64,000 nt of DNA from assembly GCA_964016885.1 (NCBI GenBank), contig OZ024740.1, forward strand, positions 29,636,001 to 29,700,000. The letters run 5' to 3'. Of this stretch, positions 53,051 to 64,000 are shown in pieces (the first letter of the stretch is position 1; every line of letters starts with the position of its first letter). The notes under the pieces are model-generated. The model did not search any database and was not told the DNA's origin. It saw only the letters and a program-made list of their open reading frames with translations. Source of the DNA: Eledone cirrhosa. Lineage: Eukaryota. Both the position numbers and the translations under genes were made by a program.

Positions 53051-53341
53051 TTTACATATTGTTTTACATATTATTTTTTACATATTGTTTTTTACATATT
53101 TTTTTAATTATTATTATTATTATTATTGAATGCTATGGTTGACGGAGGCTCGGCTCTGTAAGGTATTGTAAATTTTGACCGCTATAACAATTGTAAATTG
53201 TTTAAAACTTTAACCAAATTGTAGACAAAAACACCCTCCTCCTCGTGAGAGGGGTCTTTCTGTCCGTTATTTGGCTCTTCGGGTTAAATAACCGCTTATT
53301 GGGGTTTTGTGCCCAATATTTATTTTAAACAAAAAAAAAAA

Positions 53342-55443
53342 ATGGCTACGAAAAAAAATTTTCATAGGTCACTCCCACTCATTCCGTCTTCTTCTTCCTC
53401 AATCGTCACTACAGCAGAGAGAAGATTGTCTCTCTACCTCTCTTCTCTAAATGTGTCTCTCTCCCTCCCTTCTTTTTCGCAAGCGACGCCAGAAAAGAAA
53501 AATCACGTGCAAAGCCTGCAAGATTTCTCCACGACGACGAAAAAGGTGTGCGGGAAATACGAAAACCCATTTCATTCGTCTGACGTCAGGAATAATAGCA
53601 GTAGCAGCCGTAATAACAGCAGCAGCAGCAACAGTGACAAGGAAAACAACAGTAGCAGCCACAACAGCATCAGCAGCAACAGCAACAACAGCAGCAGCAA
53701 CAACAACAACAACCACAGCAACAGCGGCGGCGGCAGTAGTCGTAGTACCTGCAGCAACAACAAAAGTAACAGCAGCTCTGACGACGACAACAACAACAAC
53801 AACAACAGCAGCAAAGAAAAACCAATCTCGTTTGCAGGTATCGCAAAGAACCTGGAAACCATCCTCATAACAAATGAGGAATTAGAGGAAGCGAAGAAGA
53901 TGGTGACAAAAACTGGACACCGAGCAATCTGCAAGGCAGCCGAAAAATGTTCGAAACCCAACAGCACTGTACGGTCACGTACCGTACAGTAAGCACAAAA
54001 TCACGTAGGGTTGAAAGAGCCACAGAGTCTCAAATACAAAAAGCCTTGGGGTCTATGTGGCAGCGGAAAACGCACATCACCCGAGGCAAGAAATATGCCA
54101 CCGTAGACGTACTTTTTGCCACACCCCAGGAGGCAAAGGCTCAATCCTTAGTGACCCTAAGGAGCGAGGAAATGGTGTTGGTGCCCTCCTACTGCGGGCA
54201 AAAAATTGTGAGGGTCAAACTGACACACGCCCACCCCCCCGAGATGGCCCCTTATTGGCTGGCCGCGTCTGTCCTCGTCGGAATCGAGGACAAAACAACT
54301 GTACTGCAAGTACAGAAAAAAGTAAGAGAAGATTGGGTCGGCACCTCCATTGAGTTAATCCAAACCAACCAGGAGTGCATCGAAGCTATCCCGGATGTGA
54401 TAGATTTCGATAACGGCACTCAACTGCCCATAAGTGTTGAGGGCAAACGCCCGAAATGCTTTCGCTGTGGATCGAAGACTCACCTCAGGGCCTTCTACAA
54501 CGAGAAGACCCTGAGAAAGTAGAAAACCCCCCTCCTTCCGAAACCGGCTCCACGGCTACCAGCAATAGGACAAGCGGCAACCAGGAACGATAGATCCGTG
54601 GCACCCATACCCACGCCACGGAAATCAAAAACAGCAGCAGCAGTGGAAGTATTAACAACAACAACAGCAATACCAAATGCAGCTGCAACAGAGACTCCAG
54701 TGCAAACATCACCAACAACAACAAGTGAAAGAGTGGAGCCGGTACCCCGCCCCGACCTCACAGAATCAGACATGGGATGTGAGGTGGGAGAGGGATGGCA
54801 AAAGGTCGTAAGAAGCCACAAACGCAGAAGCAGCGCATCGTCGCCTTCGAAAAGGGAGGAAAGAAATGAAAAAAGGGTAAAGGCTACTGCAAAGAGATTC
54901 ACAGCAGCAACACCACCAACACCATCACCACCCACACTAGCACCACCATCACCACCGGCGACAACCCCACCGCCAACAACAACAACAACTTCAACACCAC
55001 CACCACAAGCACCAACATCGCAAACACAACAACAAAACACACACACCCAGCAACAACGACAAGAAAATAGTAGAACCACACCTCACCCCCACAAAAACAA
55101 ATGCACGGCAATAAATACACACAACAAGAAACTAATGACTTACATAATTGAACAGACAGACATTTCACAACACGACTACATAATACCAGCACCAATCAAA
55201 ACGCCAACTAAGATAAGACTGCTAAAAATAGCACAGAAACAATACACAAACATTAAAACGAAATTCCCCAACGCAGTTGGTGATTTCAGAGACCTAGGAG
55301 GGACTCTCAATCGAAGAGTATATTCGGACATACTCATAGAAGAGCCGACGACCAGCCGAAGGGACGATTCAACGGTCCCTTCACCAGACGATCAAGTGAA
55401 AAGGGATGGAAAAACCATCCTTCCTCTACGAAAAGTACGGTAA
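53342..55443 (+). pseudogene. LINE ORF1 (gag-like), frameshifted
   Basis: ATG at 53342, an S/N-rich linker, ISFAGIAK, a degenerate zinc knuckle CFRCGSKTHLRAFY (last Cys replaced), GWQKVVRSHKRR and a P/T-rich tail. The three frames end 35 nt before ORF2. Confidence 0.75.
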
Positions 55444-55478
55444 GTGGTCTTTCCCATCTTTTCCACTCTATTTTAAAC

Positions 55479-58400
55479 ATGACCCCACTCAGAATAGGCA
55501 GCATAAATGCACGTGGCTTGGGGTCGTCATGGAAGCAGGGTCACCTGCTCAACGACCTGAGGTCACTAAACATAGATGTAGTGGCCATCAGCGAGACCAG
55601 AATCTCCGAAGCACGGGCCTTCGCACCGATCTTCGGCGGCTACGATGTGTACGCATCTCCCAGCCGTCCTGGATCGGGGGGGGGGGGGAGTTGCTGTGCT
55701 TTTTCGGAGAGGTTTGGATCTCGCCATACGGGCTATCTTCCTGGACCCAGACGGTAAGTTGGTGGTGCTGGACGTGACCAGCGGAGACGGGCAAGCTTTC
55801 AGGCTAGTGGCCGTCTATGCCCCGACAGGAGCAGGGCGGCCTAATTTCTTTGGGCGTCTGGAGACCTTTCTTGGAACGTCCCGCTCTTTAGTGTTAGTGG
55901 GCGACTGGAACGGGATCTTAGATGCACGCTGGGACTGTGTGGGATTAGCGCATAGGGGTGGAGAGTGCAAGTGCCTCACCAACCTGCTCAGGCGTTTTGA
56001 ACTGTCTGATAGGTACCGATTGGATTTCCCGAATGTGCCAATGTGGACTTGGACAAATCGCATAGGGTCATCCAGATCATATCTAGATAGAGTATTTTGT
56101 AGGGAAATAGATTGGTCTAGCATAGGCTGTCCACAATTCAAGATAGTCAGCTACACGGACCACAAATTCGTGATTTGTGTGCTTGACTTAGATAGGCTTC
56201 ATAGACGAGGACCCGGCTACTGGAAGCTAAACGCGTCCTTACCAGCGCGCAAACCCTACAGAGACCGGATTAGCGAACTAGTTAAGCGGGCGTTGACGGG
56301 GGCCATCGTCAACAACAAGTGGTGGTTTTCTCTGAAAAGAGCGATTAGAATAGAATCCACTCGGTTTAGTAAGGCTTTAGCAATAGGGAAAAATAGAGCA
56401 GAGGGAGAACTAGTTGAAAATTAGACGAGGAGCTTAGCAAAGGCATCGCGACCGACGTGCTTGCGGCGAAATTGGCCCTTGACCAATTCTTCAATGCAAA
56501 GCACGAAGGCTGCGTTGTCAGAGCAAGGGTGCGTGCTCTCAGACACGAGGGGACGAAAGCCGTTCAATGGGCCCGAGTGGCGGAGGCGCGTCGTGGAAAC
56601 AAAGCCACGATCCGGTCTTTGGTGGACCACGACGGGCGCATGCTACTCGATCCCGGGCAAATGTGTGAAGCTTTTCAGCGACACTTCGCTCATCTGCTCG
56701 GGGGCAGCGGTGGGCCGGGTCGAAGGATGGACTTTAGTGTCTACCTCGACGGACTGCCGCGGTTCTCGGCCACTGAGGCGAAGTGTTGCGAAAAGCCGAT
56801 AACAGTCGCTGAAGTAAGGGAGGCAATGACTGGCTGCACAAGGGGTAAATCGCCTGGTTTGGATGGTCTGCCCTATGAACTTTACGTACATAGGGCAGAC
56901 TTGTTCGGAGGCCTCTTGGCGGACGTCTACTGCAACTGGCAACAAAACGGGAGAATTCCCAGTTCTGTGAGCCGAGGAGCGGTGGCACTGCTGAGAAAGG
57001 ATCCGAATAAGGGGGATAACATAGATAATTTCCGGCCCATAACTCTGCTAAACACAGAGTTCAAGATTTTGGCCAAGGTGCTAGCAAAGAGGTTGGCGCT
57101 TGTCGTTGGTGGTCTGATGGGAGAGGCGCAGATATGCGCCATTCCCGACAGATCCATACACGACAACCTCCACCTCATGCGATACATCGTAGAGAGGGTA
57201 GCTAGGGAACCTGGCACGGGTGGGTCCTTGATCAATTTAGATCAGTCGAAAGCTTTCGATAGGGACGACCATCGTTACCTAGCGGCAGTCCTGAGGGCGG
57301 CTGGCTTTGGGCCCGTCTTCAGAGGCTGGATCGCTGCCATGCACAGCGACATCTGCTCTGTGGTGAGAGTGAACGGTCACCTGTCGGAACCGTTCAACAT
57401 CATGCGCTCGGTCCGCCAAGGATGTCCCCTCTCGTCCTTCTTGTACGTATTGACTCTCGAGCCATTACTGCACAAACTGGAGACGTTGAGGGGCGTCCCG
57501 CGCGAACTAGGATGCGGAAGATCCGTGTCAGCATATGCCGACGATGTCACCGTAGTGGTGTCGAACGCCAAACACATCGAGGCGATCGGCACTACTCTAA
57601 GAGAATACGAAGCGGTGACAGGAGCAATGATCAACCAGGAAAAGTCAGTGGCCTGCAGCTCGGCACCTGGAGAGGCAGGTCCATGCTGTCCAATAGCGTC
57701 GTCGGACGCTGGACGGACGGACCGGTTAAATTGCTAGGGGTCTGGTTCGGTCCGGACCTCCAGACGGACAAAAACTGGGACGAGGTGACGAGCAGGGTGG
57801 CTTCTCTCACCCAGAAATGGGCGGAGAGGAAGTTATCCCTGAAAGGTCGAGCGGAGGTGGCTAACGCGTACATCGCGTCTGTCATCTGCTACCGCCTGAC
57901 CGTCGTACCTTGTCCTAAGCCTCGCCTGACTGCGCTGAAGCGTTTGCTCTTTCACTTTTTGTGGAAGGGACGCGCTCCGATGGTCAGGCGGTCCATCTGT
58001 TGTCAACACCCGCTACGTGGAGGGCTGGGCATGCCGTGGCTGATGATGCGCAGGCACGCGCCCAGGCTACGACATCTCCACCTCTTCCTCGACGGTGACC
58101 AGGTGTGGTCGCCGTTTGCTAGACACGTATTTCCCCAGCTCGTTTCCTTGACGGAGCTGCAGTCCTGGGTCAAGCGAAGACCGAGAGGGAGCGCCTGGAG
58201 ACTGGAATGCCTTCAGGCGCTCACAGCCCTCGACCAATCGGGCAATGTGATCGGTGGAAACTCCACCTCGGCGTTCTATAGAGGATTAGTGGAGGGGAAG
58301 AGCGACGACGTACTTGGGGAAACTCCAGGCGTCGACGAAAATCAACTAGCCAATCTCTTCGGAAGAACTCTCGGGCCGGGGCCTATGGACAACTTCCAGA

Positions 58401-58899
58401 AGTCTCTGGCCTGGCAGTGCTACCGAGGAGCCTTGCCAGTTCGGGATAAACTCTACAGGCATGGAGGTCCCGTCAGCCGGACATGCCCGAGATGCGCGCA
58501 GGGCGACGAAACCGTCCTGCACGCACTCGTCCAGTGTCCGAAAATTGCTGACTTGTGGGTTTATGTCGAACACCTGCTGTCGCGTGTAGTACGGATCCGG
58601 CTATCATCTGAGTCCATCGTGAGGATTGCCCCGCCCTCCTCCTTTAGCCGGGAAGGGCAGGCAGTTTTTATCTGTCTGGTGGCCATGGCGAAAGAGATAG
58701 TATGGTGGACACGTTTGAAAGGGTTGAAGACGAGCACTTACCTCTTCGGTGATGCTCTGATTGACTTTTCAAATTTCATTTGAAAAGGAAAATCAGAGTA
58801 GAGAGGGAAGTGCTCTCTTCCCAGCATTTTGTTGAAAGATGGGTGAGAGAAGCAAGTATGGCCCGAGTGAATGGGCCTACTCTGAGTATATATCTGTAA
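55479..58899 (+). pseudogene. LINE ORF2 (APE endonuclease, RT, Cys-rich C-terminus) with about 4 frameshifts
   Basis: IGSINARGL, VVAISETR, VYAP, GDWN, SYLDR, YTDH, KSPGLDG, QGCPLS, AYADD, CPRCAQGDETVLHALVQC. Frameshifts at the G-run near 55680 and near 56420, 57650 and 58770. Confidence 0.92.
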
Positions 58900-59147
58900 A
58901 TTAAAGGTGGAAAACTGGGAGAGGGCACTTGCCTTGGTGGTCAGGGTCACTGTGGCCTTTTACTGGGCTTTCTCCACAAATGTCCCTCCGATGTCTCCCC
59001 CTATTGGGGAATTTTTCATTGTTATTTTTTTGTTACATCCTCTGTTTTTGTTTTTTACACGCAGAAATGCCCATTTGTACCGTCCTGTATTGCCCTGCAC
59101 TGTCCTTAATGTCTACTTTATGTAAACCCTTGTGGTTAATAAAGAAA

Positions 59148-59195
<48 letters not shown>

Positions 59196-59196
<1 letters not shown>

Positions 59197-59393
59197 GGGC
59201 GGTGAATTGGCAGTATCGGTAGAGGGTCGACGCCATGCTTTGACGCTTGAGTTACGGCCCTTGCCATTCTGAGTTCAAATCCCGCCGAGGTTGACTCTGC
59301 CTTTCATCCTTACGGGGTCGATAAAATAAAGTACCGGTAATGTACTGGTTAATTGCTGGCCTTGTGCCTAAAGTAGAAACAATTATTATTATT
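59196..59393 (+). mobile_element. tRNA-derived SINE, complete, with (ATT)n tail
   Basis: A box TGGCAGTATCGG (59208-59219), B box GAGTTCAAATCC (59271-59282), central GCCTTTCATCCTTACGGGGTCGATAAAATAAAGTACC domain (resembles the MetaSINE core, from memory). Confidence 0.88.
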
Positions 59394-59663
59394 CATAATG
59401 CTTTCTTCTGGCAGATGTTATACCGACAATATACACAACAGAGCTATAACCAATGGCCAAAGGTCTTTGGATGATTCCTTCTCCTTCAACCTTCCAACAC
59501 CCATCTTGGAATCCTTGCTGTCCCTAACAAGGCTGTTTTCTGCAACAATCCTGTCCTAATGGTAATTACTAGCTTCTCAAGCCATACATCCAACCTTCTA
59601 CTAACTACTCCCAGTACACCAATCACAACCGGTACCATTTCCGCGTGCCTGATTCACCACAAT
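59394..59663 (-). mobile_element. Second, divergent R4/Dong-like 3' fragment
   Basis: Minus strand encodes EMVPVVIGVLGVV...LLQKTALLGTARIPRWVLEG*, homologous to IPVVVGALG...MQKIVLMGTVHILRKIL at 52485-52640. Its 3' end abuts (TAA)n. Confidence 0.75.
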
Positions 59664-59665
59664 AT

Positions 59666-60750
59666 TAGGAAGCTATCACTGAAAGGTCGCGCGGAGGTGG
59701 CAAATGCGTGCATCGCGTCCGTCATCTACTACCGCCTGATCGTCGTGCCTTGCCCCCGTCCGCGCCTTGTCAAGTTGGAACGGCTCCTCTTCAAATTCTT
59801 GTGGAGGGGACAAGTTCCGTTGGTGAGGCGGACCATCTGCTGCCAGCACCCTCTACGCGGAGGGCTGGGCGTGCCGTGGCTAATGATGCGCAGTTCTATA
59901 GAGGATTAGTGGTGGGCAAGTGCGATGACGCACTCGGAGAAGCTTTGGGCCTCAACGAAGTCGAACTGACCAGTCTGTACCGGAGGACTTTCGAGCCGGG
60001 GACGATGGACAATTTCCAGAAATCCCTCGCTTGGCAGTGCTACCGGGGGGTACTGCCGGTTCGGGATAAACTCTACAAGCACGGAAGTGCTGTCAGACGG
60101 ACCTGCCCAAGATGCGCACAGAACGACGAAACCGTTCTGCACGCACTTGTCCAATGTCCGTGCATTACTGACTTGTGGAGTTATGTCGAACAGCTTCTGT
60201 CGCGTGTGGAACGAATCCGACTATCGGTCGAGTCCATAGTGAAGATCGACCCGCCGCCTTCCTTAGAGGTTATATGATGGACCAGATTAAAAGAACTGAA
60301 AACAGACACTTTTCTCTTCGGCCAATCCCTCATCAACTTCTTCAAGTTTCACCTGGAAAGGAGGGTGAGGGTGGAGAGAGAAGTGCTGCCCCCCAGTACA
60401 TTTGCTAAAAGGTGGGTGAATGTGGCGAGAATGGCTCGTGTGAATGGGCCTACTCTGACCATGCGCCTATAGGCTGGCTAACTTGAGGAGAGGGGTGCTC
60501 TCCTGGGTGCCCTAGAAGCACAGGGTGGTTCAGGATTGGTGGGGTACCTGAAGCACTCCAGGGTCGTACACCCCCTATCGGGGAATTTATTTTGTTATAT
60601 TTATGCATAGTTTATTTTATATTTTTATATTTTCATTTTTAAATTAGTCTTGCCATTGTGCACTTTTACTCCACCTTATTGTAAACCCCCACTGTCCCTG
60701 TCTTTGTATTGTCCCCTACATGTCGGTCCTTGTGGCCAATAAATGAAATC
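59666..60750 (+). mobile_element. 5'-truncated Tx1-like LINE (copy E) with internal deletions near 59891 and 60270
   Basis: RKLSLKGRAEVAN, MDNFQKSLAWQCYRG, CPRCAQNDETVLHALVQC. The 3' end CCTTGTGGCCAATAAATGAAATC is followed by (ATT)n. Confidence 0.9.
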
Positions 60751-60761
60751 ATTATTATTAT

Positions 60762-60907
60762 TACGGCTCTTTACAGTCTGAGTTTAATTTCTGCCGAGGT
60801 TAACTTTGCCTTTCATCCTTACGGGGTCGATAAAATAAAGTACCAGTAATGTACTGGGGTAATTGCTGGCCTTGTGCCAAAAGTTGAAACAATTATTATT
60901 ATTACTA
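60762..60907 (+). mobile_element. 5'-truncated copy of the same SINE with (ATT)n tail
   Basis: Degenerate B box, central domain and GGCCTTGTGCCAAAAGTTGAAACAATTATT tail. Confidence 0.85.
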
Positions 60908-60908
60908 T

Positions 60909-61117
60909 TTGGCAGTATCGGTAGAGCGTTAGACACCATGGTTTTTGGAATAGAGTTGCGTCCCTTTCCATTCTGAGTTCAAATCCCGCCGAGGTTAACT
61001 TTCCGTTTCATCCTTACGGGGTCGATAAAATAAAGTACCAGTCACGCACTGGGATTCGAATTAATCGACTTCCCCCTCCCCCAAATTGCTGGCCTTGTGC
61101 CTATATAAGAAATCATT
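60909..61117 (+). mobile_element. SINE copy, longer variant retaining an extra internal segment
   Basis: A and B boxes and central domain, plus GGGATTCGAATTAATCGACTTCCCCCTCCCC, which is absent from the other three copies. Tail is CCTTGTGCCTATATAAGAAATCATT. Confidence 0.85.
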
Positions 61118-61159
61118 GTTTTGTTGAATGATTCTTGTTACGTCATTCTCTATTAATTA

Positions 61160-62780
<1,621 letters not shown>

Positions 62781-63029
62781 TGCTCCCATTTAGATATATT
62801 TCTATCAATCTCTCATGTCTAAAATCATATTTTCTATCTCTCTCTCTTTCCTTCTCATTCTTTCCTTTTTCTTCTCTCTTTCATTCCCTCTGCCCTTTCT
62901 CTCTCTCTCTCTCTCTCTCGCTCTCTCTCTCTCAATTCTCTGTTTTTCGCCGAATCTCTCAATCTACCTACCTATCTCTCTCTCTCTTTCCACCTCTATC
63001 CCTCTCCCTCTCTCTCATTCTTACTCCTT

Positions 63030-64000
63030 TTCTTCCTCCCTCTATCATTTCCACTCCCTCTCTTTCTCCCTCTACCATTTCATCTCTCTCTCCTTCTCCC
63101 TCTATCATTTCCACCCCCTCTTTCTCCCACTATCATTTCCACCCCCTCTTTCTCCCTCTATCATTTCCACTCCCTCTCTTTCTCCCTCTATCATTTCCAC
63201 CCCCTCTCTTTCTCCCTCTATCATTTCCTCCCCCTCTCTTTCTCCCTCTATCATTTCCACTCCCTCTCTTTCTCCCTCTATCATTTCCACTCCCTCTCTT
63301 TCTCCCTCTATCATTTCCACCCCTCTCTTTCTCCCTCTATCATTTCCTCCCCCTCTCTTTCTCCCTCTATCATTTCCACTCCCTCTCTTTCTCCTTCTAT
63401 CATTTCCACTCCCACTCTTTCTCCCTCTATCATTTCAACTCCCTCTCTTTTTCCCTCTATCATTTCCACCCCCTCTCTTTCTCCCTCTATTATTTCCACC
63501 CCCTCTCTTTCTCCCTCTATTATTTCCACCCCCTCTCTTTCTCCCTCTATCATTTCCAGTCCCTCTCTTACTCCCTCTATCATTTCCACCCCCTCTCTTT
63601 TTCCCTCTATCATTTCCACTCCTTCTCTTTCTCCCTCTAACATTTCCACTCCCTCTCTTTCTCCCTCTATCATTCCCCTCCCTCTCTTTCTCCCTCTATC
63701 ATTTCCATCCCCTCTCTTTTTCCCTCTATCATTTCCACACCCTCTCTTTCTTCCTGTAACATTTCCACTCCCTCTCTTTCTCCGTCTATTATTTCCACCC
63801 CCTCTCTTTCACCTTTTATCATTTGCACCCCCTCTCTTTCTCCCTCTATCATTTCCACCCCCTCTCTTTTTCCCTCTATCATTTCCACCCCCTCGCTTTC
63901 TCTCTCTACCATTTCATCTCCCTCTCTTTCTCCCTCTATTATTTCCACACCCTCTCTTTCTCCCTCGATCATTTGCACCCCCTCTTTCTCCCTCTATCAT
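63030..64000. repeat. 30-bp pyrimidine-rich minisatellite (TCTCCCTCTATCATTTCCACTCCCTCTCTT)n, runs off the right edge
   Basis: Exact 30-bp phase at 63181, 63211, 63241 and onward; 10-aa periodic pseudo-ORF [10 protein letters not shown]. Confidence 0.96.

Larger units (their letters stand above)
53128..59150 (+). mobile_element. Apparently full-length (about 6.0 kb) Tx1-like LINE (copy D) flanked by (ATT)n on both sides
   Basis: 5' UTR, ORF1, ORF2 (APE-RT-Cys domain) and a 3' UTR ending CCCTTGTGGTTAATAAAGAAATC. (ATT)n lies at 53107-53127 and 59150-59194. Confidence 0.92.

Noticed and set aside
59196-59290. tRNA gene
   Set aside because: A and B boxes are present, but there is no cloverleaf, the spacing is long, and it continues into a SINE body repeated four times in the window.

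Overview
Eukaryotic (animal) repeat-dense, heterochromatin-like DNA with no convincing host protein-coding gene. The very long (TA)n, (GATA)n and (ATT)n microsatellites and the SINE types suggest a mollusc, probably a cephalopod (inference only). Bases 1-27 kb are a 45-bp tandem satellite with nested higher-order repeats (about 1941, 1179 and 4089 bp), split by a 1.5-kb A-tract island. Next come a G/T-biased simple-repeat block and a rearranged Penelope-like retroelement, with RT on + and GIY-YIG plus a degenerate hammerhead ribozyme on -. The rest holds six copies of an L1/Tx1-type LINE, one apparently full length, two R4/Dong-like RLE fragments, tRNA-derived SINEs, small DNA-transposon relics, a textbook type I hammerhead ribozyme (47585-47639) and two minisatellites. 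The most notable pattern is a microsatellite-centred retroelement ecosystem. One Tx1-like subfamily is stacked head-to-tail between (TATC)n tracts. A second subfamily, a SINE sharing its 3' end, and R4/Dong-like elements are all nested at (ATT/TAA)n tracts. Most ORFs in the supplied track are by-products of repeats. Boundaries were read by eye and are approximate.
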